Shown here piece by piece: positions 9,827 to 17,957 of a DNA stretch of 64,000 nucleotides (positions within the stretch are counted from its first letter, which is position 1; each line of letters starts with the position of its first letter). Source of the DNA: an uncultured Actinomycetes bacterium (GTDB lineage Bacteria > Actinomycetota > UBA4738 > HRBIN12); NCBI GenBank assembly GCA_963704725.1, contig OY969934.1, positions 1,376,001 through 1,440,000 of the forward strand, in the 5' to 3' direction. The notes below the pieces were generated by a model. It was not told the origin of the DNA. It saw nothing but the letters and a program-made list of their open reading frames with translations, and ran no database searches. The position numbers and the translations under genes were made by a program.

Positions 9827-11035
9827 ATGCGCCGCGCCGCCACGCTCGCGATCGTCCTGGCGCTGCTCGCCGCGGCGTGCGGCTCGAGCGGGGAGCCGGA
9901 GCCCCCGGCACCCCGCGGACCGGCCGAGGTCCTGAACGAGATCGGGGACCCCGAGGGCCAGCTCAGCTTGGTGGCGTTCGCCGGGTACGTCGAGGACGGC
10001 TCGAGCGATCCCGAGTTCGACTGGGTCCTGCCGTTCCAGCGCGCGACGGGGTGCGCCGTGGAGGTCCGATACGTGGATTCGGGCGACGAGGTCGTCCGGC
10101 TCCTGGAGCGCGAGGACTCAGGGTACGACGGCGCAGCGGTTCCGGGCGACGCGGCCGGCGAGCTCATCGCCGACCGGCGGGTCGCGGCGGTCGAACCCGA
10201 CCTGTTCCCCGCGTGGGGCGACGTCCTCGCGCCGCTCCGTGAGACGAACGCCCGCCACTACGTCGTCGACGACGACGTCTACGGGGTCCCCGCCCTGTAC
10301 GGACCCAACCTGCTCGTCTATCAGGCGCGGCTCGTCAAGCCCGCGCCGACCAGCTGGGACGTCGTGTTCGAACCGGACACGCCGTACGCGGGCTCGATCG
10401 TGATGATCGACTCCCCGATGGTGATCGCCGACGCGGCGCGCTACCTGCAAGCGCACGATCCCGACCTCGGCATCGAGGACCCGTACGCGCTCACGCCGCG
10501 CCAGCTCGATGCGGCCACGGCGCTGCTCCGCGACCAGTCGGATCGGGTCGGCCTGTACTGGAGCCTCCTGCCGGACTCGGTCGACGGGTTCCGCTCGGGC
10601 GAGACGCTCGTCGGCGAGGCGTGGCCGTTCGCGCTCAGCCTGCTGAAGATCGACGACCTGCCGTTCAACGCGGCCGATCCGTCCGAGGGGATGACCGGCT
10701 GGGCCGACACGTGGATGGTCGCCGTCGACGCTCCTCACCCCAACTGCATGCTGCTGTGGATGCGCTGGACCCTGTCCGCGAAGGTCCAGGCCGAGATGGC
10801 GATGTGGTACGGCGGGGCCCCCAGCAACGGGAGAGCCTGCCCCCTGATCCGCGAGGAGCTCGGTCAGTTCTCCGATCTCGCCGACACGCTTCGGTTCGGC
10901 CGGTGCGGCGACGAGGACTTCCTGGCCGCGCTCTCGCTGTGGCGGATGCCGACGGTCGATTGCGGCGACGATCGCGGGCGCGAGTGCACCGGCCTGCCCG
11001 CCTGGCGCAGGAGCTGGGCCGACGTGCGCAGCTGA
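9827..11035 (+). CDS. Second substrate-binding lipoprotein, paralog of 6835..8025
   Basis: Lipobox LAAAC; EGMTGWADTWM and a shared CGDDRG-x-x-C tail. Confidence 0.88.
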   Translation: MRRAATLAIVLALLAAACGSSGEPEPPAPRGPAEVLNEIGDPEGQLSLVAFAGYVEDGSSDPEFDWVLPFQRATGCAVEVRYVDSGDEVVRLLEREDSGYDGAAVPGDAAGELIADRRVAAVEPDLFPAWGDVLAPLRETNARHYVVDDDVYGVPALYGPNLLVYQARLVKPAPTSWDVVFEPDTPYAGSIVMIDSPMVIADAARYLQAHDPDLGIEDPYALTPRQLDAATALLRDQSDRVGLYWSLLPDSVDGFRSGETLVGEAWPFALSLLKIDDLPFNAADPSEGMTGWADTWMVAVDAPHPNCMLLWMRWTLSAKVQAEMAMWYGGAPSNGRACPLIREELGQFSDLADTLRFGRCGDEDFLAALSLWRMPTVDCGDDRGRECTGLPAWRRSWADVRS

Positions 11036-11047
11036 CGCGGGCGAGGG

Positions 11048-11545
11048 CTACAGGTACTGCCCGCGAAGGTCCGTGTCCGGGGCGGCCTCGGGCGCGCCCT
11101 GGGGCAGCCCTCGCCGTCGAAGCTCCTCGAACTGCGCTCGTGCCGCCGCCTGCTGGGCGAACAGGGCGGCCTGGATCCCGTGGAACAGGCCCTCGAGCCA
11201 GCCCACGAGCTGCGCCTGCGCGATCCGGATCTCGGACTCGGTCGGCACCCCGTCCATGGGGGGTGCCAACGCCTCGAGCTCCTCGCGCAGGTCGGGGCTC
11301 AACACCTCGGCCAGCTCGCCGAGCGAGCGCTCGTAGATCTGGCGCAGGCGCACCCGCCCCGGCTCGTCGAGCGAGGCCTGGCGCGTGTCCTCGAGCAGCT
11401 CGCGGACCATGCTGGCGATCCGCAGGAGCTTGGCCGGCTGGGTGATCGACTCCTGGGGCGCTTCGGGCATCGGCTCGGCGGGAGCGACCGGCTGGGCGTC
11501 CTGGCCCGGCGCCTGGGGCATCGCGACGTCGTCCATGTCCTCCAC
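11048..11545 (-). CDS. bpa: Bacterial proteasome activator Bpa/PafE
   Basis: QPAKLLRIASM, ESEIRIAQAQLVGWLEGLFHGIQ and C-terminal GQYL; alternative start at 11536. Confidence 0.92.
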   Translation of the reverse strand: MEDMDDVAMPQAPGQDAQPVAPAEPMPEAPQESITQPAKLLRIASMVRELLEDTRQASLDEPGRVRLRQIYERSLGELAEVLSPDLREELEALAPPMDGVPTESEIRIAQAQLVGWLEGLFHGIQAALFAQQAAARAQFEELRRRGLPQGAPEAAPDTDLRGQYL

Positions 11546-11583
11546 CGTAGCAGCCCTCAGGCGCCGTCCGGGAGCACGCGGAG

Positions 11584-12930
11584 TCAGTTCCCGGCGAGCT
11601 CGGAGAACAGGATCGCCTCGGCGAGCGCCGCCCGCTCGAGGTCCGCCAGATCGACGCTCTCGTCGATCGAGTGGTACTGGCTCTTCTCGTCGGAGACGCC
11701 GTAGATCAGGATCTCCGCGCCGGGCAGGGCCTCAGCCACGACCGGCACGAGGGGCACCGATCCGCCGCTCCCGCTCTCGACCGGATCCCGCCCGTAGGCC
11801 TCCTTCATGGCGCGCTGCATCGCCGCGAACGCCGGCCCGTCGTTCGGCAGCCGGAGCCCCCGGCCCGCCGACCCCTCCTCGACCGAGACCTCCACGCCCC
11901 ACGGCGCGTGCTCCCGAAGGTGGTTCATGAGCAGCTCCATGGCCCGCGCGGGCTCCTCGTCCGGCGGGATCCGCAGGCTGACCTTCGCCGAGGCCACGGG
12001 GACGAGCTGGTTGGAGGCCTCGCGTACCCGGGGCGCGTCGATGCCGAGCACCGAGACGGCGGGCTTGGACCACAGCCGCTCGGCGAGCGGTCCCGAGCCC
12101 AGCAGCCGGACGCCCGGGCGGATCGGGGCCTCGTCGCGAAGCTCGTTCTCGCTGATCTGGACGCCGTCCCATCGGGCCCGCCGGAGCCCGTCGATCGCGA
12201 CCTCGCCGCCGTCGTCCTGCAGGGTCACCAGGAGCCGGGCGAGGCTCGAGATCGCGTCGGGGATGGGCCCGCCGAACGTGCCGGAGTGCACGGCCAGGTC
12301 GAGGACGCGGACGGTGACCCGGCAGTCGACCACGCCCCGGATGCTCGTCTCGAGCGCGGGGACGCCGGTCCGCCAGTTGCCGCCGTCGGCGATGCCGATC
12401 ACGTCGGCCGCCAGGAGGTCGCGGTGCTCGCCGATCAGGAAGGGGAGATGCGCGGTGCTGGTTTCCTCCTCACCCTCGACGATCACCTTCAGCGTGATGG
12501 GGGGCGAGCCGCCCCACGCGCGCACCGCCGCGGCGTGAAGGACGATCCCGCACTTGTCGTCGGAGGTGCCGCGGCCGAACAGCCGGCCGTCGCGGACCTC
12601 GGGCTCGAACGGAGGGCTCGACCACTCCTCGACCGGTCCCTCCGGTTGCACGTCGTGGTGAGCGTACAGGAGCATCGTCGGTGCGCCGGCCGGTCCGCGG
12701 ACCTCGCCGTACACGGCCGGATGCGGGGTGCCGTCGGGCATCTCGATCAGCCGGACCCCGTCGAAGCCCGCGGAGGTCAGGATCTCGGCGGTCGTCTCGG
12801 CCGACGCCCGGACCGGGCCGCCGTCGTAGCCGGGGAAGGCGATCGAGGGGATCCGCACCAGGCGCGAGAGCTCCTCGACGGACGCCGGCATGCCCTGGGC
12901 GATCGCTGCGCGGAGGTCCGGCGGGCGCAT
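11584..12930 (-). CDS. M20 family dipeptidase
   Basis: LLYAHHDVQP, GRGTSDDK, VEGEEE, GGSVP and HSIDES. Confidence 0.9.
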   Translation of the reverse strand: MRPPDLRAAIAQGMPASVEELSRLVRIPSIAFPGYDGGPVRASAETTAEILTSAGFDGVRLIEMPDGTPHPAVYGEVRGPAGAPTMLLYAHHDVQPEGPVEEWSSPPFEPEVRDGRLFGRGTSDDKCGIVLHAAAVRAWGGSPPITLKVIVEGEEETSTAHLPFLIGEHRDLLAADVIGIADGGNWRTGVPALETSIRGVVDCRVTVRVLDLAVHSGTFGGPIPDAISSLARLLVTLQDDGGEVAIDGLRRARWDGVQISENELRDEAPIRPGVRLLGSGPLAERLWSKPAVSVLGIDAPRVREASNQLVPVASAKVSLRIPPDEEPARAMELLMNHLREHAPWGVEVSVEEGSAGRGLRLPNDGPAFAAMQRAMKEAYGRDPVESGSGGSVPLVPVVAEALPGAEILIYGVSDEKSQYHSIDESVDLADLERAALAEAILFSELAGN

Positions 12931-12960
12931 ACGGGCCCGAACGATACCAGCGCCGACGGC

Positions 12961-12999
12961 ACCGACCTTTCGCCCGCGTGAGGGGGGCCGTTCGACCCG
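12961..12999 (+). promoter_or_regulatory. Putative tandem DosR/OsdR-like boxes
   Basis: ACCGACCTTTCGCCCG and GGGGCCGTTCGACCCG, 23 bp apart, upstream of the osmC-like gene. Confidence 0.35.
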
Positions 13000-13055
13000 A
13001 CCCGGGGCGGGGCGGCGGGCGCAGCCTGGAGTCGAGAACGAGCCCGGGAGGCGCG

Positions 13056-13469
13056 ATGTCCACGATCACGGTGCGGCACGAGGACGGCGACCGGTTCCGC
13101 GTCGGCGTTCGCGGGCACGAGCTCGTCGTCGACCAGCCGCTCGACGACGGGGGCGGGGACATGGGCCCCTCGCCGACGGAGCTGTTCGTCGCGAGTCTCG
13201 CGGCGTGCATCGCGTTCTACGGGGGCCGGTTCCTCCGGCGACACGGCCTGTCGCTCGAGGGCTTCGGCGTCACGAGCGGATTCGCGTTCGCCACGGACCC
13301 ACCCGCGCGGGTGGGGTCGATCGACATCGCGGTGAGCCTTCCCGTCGGCTTCCCGGAGCAGCGGCGCGCGGCGTTCCTTGCAGTCGTCGAGCACTGCACG
13401 GTCCATAACTCGATCCGTCAGCCACCCGACCTGCGGATCGAGCTCCAGCAGGCCCGCGGCGCGGCGTAA
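13056..13469 (+). CDS. OsmC family protein
   Basis: GPSPTELFVASLAAC and HCTVHNSI (two conserved Cys); GGGAGG SD. Confidence 0.9.
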   Translation: MSTITVRHEDGDRFRVGVRGHELVVDQPLDDGGGDMGPSPTELFVASLAACIAFYGGRFLRRHGLSLEGFGVTSGFAFATDPPARVGSIDIAVSLPVGFPEQRRAAFLAVVEHCTVHNSIRQPPDLRIELQQARGAA

Positions 13470-13479
13470 GCCCCACCGC

Positions 13480-13986
13480 TCACCCGAGGTCCTTCGGCAC
13501 GACGAACGACGACAGCCGGGCCCGGCCCGGGCCGAGCTCGTGCCACGCCCCCTCGATCTCGAACGAGGCGAGCGCGCACGTCGGGAATCGCTCCCGGAGC
13601 CGGACGGCTGCCTCATCGAGTTCGGGCCCGACCAGCTCGACCGCGAGGTCCTGCATGCCGGGGTTGTGGCCGATCACGAGCAGCGTCCGGGATGCGCCCG
13701 CCATCTCGCGGATGCAAGCGAGGATCTCCCGGTCGCTCGCCCCGTAGAGCCGGTCCTCGAAGCGCTCGTGGGTGTCCGGCAGCCCGAGCAGCTCGAGCGT
13801 CCGGCGGGTCCGGAGTGCCGAGGAGCACAGGACGAGGTCGGGGAGCAGGCCCGAGGATCGAAGATGCGCGCCCAACCTGGCGGCGGCCGAGCGCCCTCGT
13901 TTGGCGAGCGGCCGGTCGCGATCGGGGGTCGCCGGCTCGTCCCAGCTCGACTTGGCGTGCCGAACCAGCAGGAGTCGGTTGGTCAT
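13480..13986 (-). CDS. SixA-type histidine phosphatase
   Basis: LVRHAKSSW, CSSALRTRRT and IGHNPG. Confidence 0.9.
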   Translation of the reverse strand: MTNRLLLVRHAKSSWDEPATPDRDRPLAKRGRSAAARLGAHLRSSGLLPDLVLCSSALRTRRTLELLGLPDTHERFEDRLYGASDREILACIREMAGASRTLLVIGHNPGMQDLAVELVGPELDEAAVRLRERFPTCALASFEIEGAWHELGPGRARLSSFVVPKDLG

Positions 13987-14261
13987 TCCGCGAGACCACT
14001 ATCAGATCGAACGGGAGGTGGCGGCCGTCCGTGCGGTGGGACGGCACTCCGGTCGTGGGTCCTGCCGGTCATCTGACGCTCCTCCCGCGGCGGCGCCCCA
14101 CGAATCACGCTCGCGGTGCCTCCCCGAGCAAGCCGCGGGCTGTGGCCAGGGGCAAGGGGTGCACCCAACTTGACACAAGTCGAAGAAGTACCCGCAGGTA
14201 GATGGGCCTTTCCGCCTGAGCGGCCGTCATGCGAAGGTTTGGCGCGACGCGACTACGTGCG

Positions 14262-14846
14262 TCACTTCAGCACTTCGAATCGGAAGTGGGTGGCGCCCGG
14301 TGTCTCGATCGAACTCGTCCTCCGCAGTTCGATCCCCTCAGGATCGAGACCCTCGAAGAGCCGGATGCCGCCGCCGAGGAGTAAGGGGACCAGGTGGATG
14401 TGCATCTCGTCCAGCAACCCGGCCTTCAGATACTGCCTCATGATGTTCGCTCCGCCCCAGACACCGACGTTCTTGTCGCCGGCGGCGGCACGGGCCAGCT
14501 CGAGTGCGGCCCCGATCCCATCCGTCACGAAGTTGTAGGTCGTACCCCCCTGCATCGGCAGGGACTCCCGCTCTTCGTGAGTGACGATAAACACCGGCAT
14601 CCCGTACGGCGGAGGATCGCCCCACGGCTCGAACCCGACGTCGAACATCCGCTTCCCCATCAGCACCGCCCCGGTCAACTCGAACATCTCGTCCGCGATC
14701 GCGGCGTCGGTCTCCGTCTTTGCGTCGAATTGCCAGTCGGAAAGTCGACCAGGGTCGTTTCCCTCCAACGGGGTTCCGACGCTCGCATCGGGATCAGTGA
14801 TGAACCCGTCTAACGACATCGAGATCTCGGAAATGACCTTGCCCAT
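14262..14846 (-). CDS. RibD C-terminal / dihydrofolate reductase family protein
   Basis: ISMSLDGFI, MGKRMF, WGGANI and GLLDEMHIHLVPLLLGGGIRLF. Confidence 0.88.
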   Translation of the reverse strand: MGKVISEISMSLDGFITDPDASVGTPLEGNDPGRLSDWQFDAKTETDAAIADEMFELTGAVLMGKRMFDVGFEPWGDPPPYGMPVFIVTHEERESLPMQGGTTYNFVTDGIGAALELARAAAGDKNVGVWGGANIMRQYLKAGLLDEMHIHLVPLLLGGGIRLFEGLDPEGIELRRTSSIETPGATHFRFEVLK

Positions 14847-14913
14847 CGCAGGCCTCCTCATCGATCGAGGGAGACGGCTCCTCGTCTCACGCCATCCCCA
14901 CTTCCCCGCCCGC

Positions 14914-15354
14914 TCAGGTCGCGGACCGTGTCTGGATCCTGGCCTCGAACCCGTCCAGGAACTCGTTCCAGCCTTCGACGTACCCTCGTTCGACGTCGCC
15001 GGAGGGGAGCCCTCGTTGCGTGAGCGTGAGGAGCGTCCGGCCATCTCGCCATTGAAGGCTGATCTCCATCAGCGATTCGACGCGCGATCCGTCCGGCCAC
15101 TCGGTGGTCGACGCGTAGACGAGGCGGTGCGGCCTGTCCACGGTGTGGAAGACGTTGCGCTCGACGTAGGGCGCCGAGGACGGGCCGAACCGGATGATCC
15201 ACTCGCCTCCGACACGGAGATCGCACTCGGACTCCACGATCTCGTCGGGCCCCGAGACCCTGAGCGCACGTTGCGCATCGGGATCCGTGTAGGCGTCGAA
15301 CACGACGTCCGGGGGCGCCTCGAGCCACCGCTGGAGGCGGACGTCCGGGCTCAC
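14914..15354 (-). CDS. SRPBCC/AHSA1 family protein
   Basis: APPDVVFDAYTDP, DLRVGG and EGWNEFLD; GTG overlaps the arsR stop. Confidence 0.85.
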   Translation of the reverse strand: MSPDVRLQRWLEAPPDVVFDAYTDPDAQRALRVSGPDEIVESECDLRVGGEWIIRFGPSSAPYVERNVFHTVDRPHRLVYASTTEWPDGSRVESLMEISLQWRDGRTLLTLTQRGLPSGDVERGYVEGWNEFLDGFEARIQTRSAT

Positions 15355-15695
15355 CCGCGTCGCCCCATGCGAGTCGAGAGGTAGCGGTCGAGCCCGTCGA
15401 GCCGTCGTTCCCACATGCGGAACGTCTCGATCCATCGCCGGGCTTCGTCGAGGCGTTCTGGGCCGAGGGTGCACTCTCGGACCCTGCCCACCTTCTCCGT
15501 CCTCAGCAGTCGCGTCTCCTCGAGGATGCGCACGTGTTCCAGGACCGTGGGAAGCGCGATCCCGAAGGGTCGTGCCAGCTCGCTGATCGATGCCGGGCCC
15601 GCGGAGACGAGCTGCAGGATGCTGCGGCGGGTCGGGTCGGCCAGCGCGCCGAACGTTCGGTCGAGCGACACATACTTAGGCATGTGGCTAACCAT
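15351..15695 (-). CDS. ArsR/SmtB family regulator
   Basis: FGALADPTRRSIL, ISELARPF and EKVGRVR; TTAG-N8-CTAA palindrome over the start region. Confidence 0.88.
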   Translation of the reverse strand: MVSHMPKYVSLDRTFGALADPTRRSILQLVSAGPASISELARPFGIALPTVLEHVRILEETRLLRTEKVGRVRECTLGPERLDEARRWIETFRMWERRLDGLDRYLSTRMGRRG

Positions 15696-15770
15696 ATGCA
15701 AACGACATCGGACCGGTCAACTCGGCATGTTGGAGCGGCGGGAGCGTGATGGTTGCCGATCTCCTCCCAG

Positions 15771-15842
15771 TGCCCTCGGCAGGACTCGAACCTGCGCACC
15801 CGGCTCCGGAGGCCAGCGCTCTATCCACTGAGCTACGAGGGC
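15771..15842 (-). tRNA. tRNA-Arg(CCG)
   Basis: GCCCTCGTAGCTCAGTGGATAGAGCGCTGGCCTCCGGAGCCGGGTGCGCAGGTTCGAGTCCTGCCGAGGGCA cloverleaf; CCA not encoded; TAGACT upstream; usual position divergent from argS. Confidence 0.97.
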
Positions 15843-15887
15843 GTACCGGTCGAGTCTAGCAACCGCCTCGGCACCTATGCTGCTCAG

Positions 15888-16271
15888 ATGGGTGTCATGC
15901 CGCTCGTCCTGCTGGTCGACGACGAGCCGGTCCTGCTTCGGATGCTCGAGGTCAACCTGCGGATCGCGGGATTCGACGTGCGCACGGCGTCGAGCGGGAC
16001 GGGCGCCCTCGATGCGGCGGCCGAGGTCCGTCCCGACGTCGTGGTACTCGACCTGGGGCTTCCGGACCTGGACGGATGGGAGGTGCTCGGCCGGCTCCGG
16101 GCCTCGGCGGAGCTCGCCGATACGCCGGTGATCGTCCTGTCGGGCACCGACCGGGACGCCGCCGACGACCACGGCTACGCTTCGAGCGTGCACGCGTTCC
16201 TCACCAAGCCCGTCGAGCCCGCCGACCTCGTCGAGACCGTCCGCCGCGCCGCGGCGCGGACGGACGGCTGA
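15888..16271 (+). CDS. Stand-alone response regulator receiver protein
   Basis: LLVDDE, VVVLDLGLPDLDG, IVLSG and LTKP; no output domain; TATGCT 6 nt before the ATG. Confidence 0.88.
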   Translation: MGVMPLVLLVDDEPVLLRMLEVNLRIAGFDVRTASSGTGALDAAAEVRPDVVVLDLGLPDLDGWEVLGRLRASAELADTPVIVLSGTDRDAADDHGYASSVHAFLTKPVEPADLVETVRRAAARTDG

Positions 16272-16289
16272 CGGCGCTCGCTCCCGCCG

Positions 16290-17957
16290 ATGATCGAGGA
16301 GCGACTCACCGAGCTGCTGCGCAGGGCCCTCGAGGCCTCCGGGCTGGTCCCCGACGCCGCCTCGGTCGAAATCGTCCTCTCGAAACCCCGCCTGAGGGAG
16401 CACGGGGACTTCTCGACGAACGTCGCGCTCACCCTCTCCAAGCGCCTGGGCCACCCGCCACGGGAGCTCGCCGACCTGATCGTCGCTCATCTCCCCGCGT
16501 CCGGGCTGGTCGAGTCGGCCGAGGTGGCCGGCCCGGGCTTCGTCAACCTCCGGGTCTCCGACGTGTGGCTCCACGACGCCCTGCGGTCGGCGGCCGAGCT
16601 CGCCGAGGGCTACGGGCGGTCGGCCCCGACCGGGCGGCGCGTCCAGGTCGAGTTCGTGAGCGCCAACCCCACCGGGCCGCTCACGCTCGGGCACGCCCGG
16701 AACGCGGCCATCGGCGACGCGCTGGCCCGGCTCCTCGCGTTCGGCGGGTGGGACGTCGAGCGCGAGTACTACTTCAACGACGCGGGCGGGCAGATGGACC
16801 GTTTCGGCGCGAGCGTCGAGGCGCGCTACCTCCGGCTCGCCGGCCGCGAGGCCGAGGTCCCCGACGACGGGTACCACGGGGAATACGTGGCCGAGCTGGC
16901 GAAGGACATCCTCGAGGTCGAGGGACCGGCCCTGGTCGACCTGCCGGCGGACGAGCGCCTGGCGCGGCTGCGCGACGAGGGCGCGCGACGGGTGCTCGGC
17001 TGGATCCGGGCCACGCTCGAGCGGTTCGGCGTGCGGTTCGACGTGTTCACGTCGGAGGCGGATCTCTCCGGCCGCGGCGAGATCGACGGGGCGGTCGAGC
17101 AGCTCCGGGCGTCCGGGTTCGCCTACGACGCCGAGGGCGCCGTGTGGTTCCGTTCGACGGCGTTCGGCGACGACAAGGATCGGGTGGTGGTCCGATCGAA
17201 CGGCGTGCACACGTACTTCGGCGCGGACTGCGCGTACCTGATCGACAAGTTCGGCCGGGGCTTCGATCACGTGATCTACGTGTGGGGCGCCGATCACCAC
17301 GGCGACGTGGTGCGGGTCCGGGGGGCCGGCCGGGCGCTCGGCTTCGATCCCGACGCGATCGAGATCGTGATCTACCAATGGGTGTCGTTCCTGCGGAACG
17401 GCGAGCCGGTGCCCATGAGCAAGCGGGCCGGCACCTTCATCACGCTCGACGAGCTGATCGACGAGGTGGGCGCGGACGCCGCGCGGTTCCACCTGCTGAT
17501 GTTCAGCAACGACGCGACGATGAACTTCGACATCGAGACGGTGCGCCGGCAGTCCATGGACAATCCCGTCTACTACGTGCAGTACGGCCACGCGCGGATC
17601 GCGTCCATCCTTCGCACGGCGACGCAGCGGGGCGTCGAGCTCCGGCCCATCGCCGACGCCGACCTCTCCTTGCTCCGGCACGAGCGAGAGCTCGACCTGC
17701 TGCGCGGGATCGCCGAGGCGCCGGCCGAGATCGCGCGAGCGGCCGACCTCCGAGCCCCGCACCGGCTGACGCACGCGGCCCAGGACCTCGCCGGCTCGTT
17801 CCACCGCTTCTACACGGAGTGCCCGGTGCTGTCCGACGACAGCTCGCTCACCCAGGCGCGGCTGTGGCTCTGCGTGGGAGCGAAGCAGGTGATCGCGAAC
17901 CTGCTGAGCCTGCTGGGCGTCTCTGCGCCGGAGTCGATGGAGCGGTCGGATGACTGA
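16290..17957 (+). CDS. argS: Arginine--tRNA ligase
   Basis: VEFVSANPTGPLTLGHAR, GADHHG, MSKRAG and NPVYYVQYGHARI. Confidence 0.97.
   Translation: MIEERLTELLRRALEASGLVPDAASVEIVLSKPRLREHGDFSTNVALTLSKRLGHPPRELADLIVAHLPASGLVESAEVAGPGFVNLRVSDVWLHDALRSAAELAEGYGRSAPTGRRVQVEFVSANPTGPLTLGHARNAAIGDALARLLAFGGWDVEREYYFNDAGGQMDRFGASVEARYLRLAGREAEVPDDGYHGEYVAELAKDILEVEGPALVDLPADERLARLRDEGARRVLGWIRATLERFGVRFDVFTSEADLSGRGEIDGAVEQLRASGFAYDAEGAVWFRSTAFGDDKDRVVVRSNGVHTYFGADCAYLIDKFGRGFDHVIYVWGADHHGDVVRVRGAGRALGFDPDAIEIVIYQWVSFLRNGEPVPMSKRAGTFITLDELIDEVGADAARFHLLMFSNDATMNFDIETVRRQSMDNPVYYVQYGHARIASILRTATQRGVELRPIADADLSLLRHERELDLLRGIAEAPAEIARAADLRAPHRLTHAAQDLAGSFHRFYTECPVLSDDSSLTQARLWLCVGAKQVIANLLSLLGVSAPESMERSDD

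Noticed and set aside
14170-14205. Perfect TTGACA as a promoter
   Set aside because: No TAnnnT at 16-18 bp spacing and no plus-strand gene downstream
13987-15842. Intact integrative element at tRNA-Arg
   Set aside because: No integrase and no duplicated tRNA 3' end found; kept only as a possible relic
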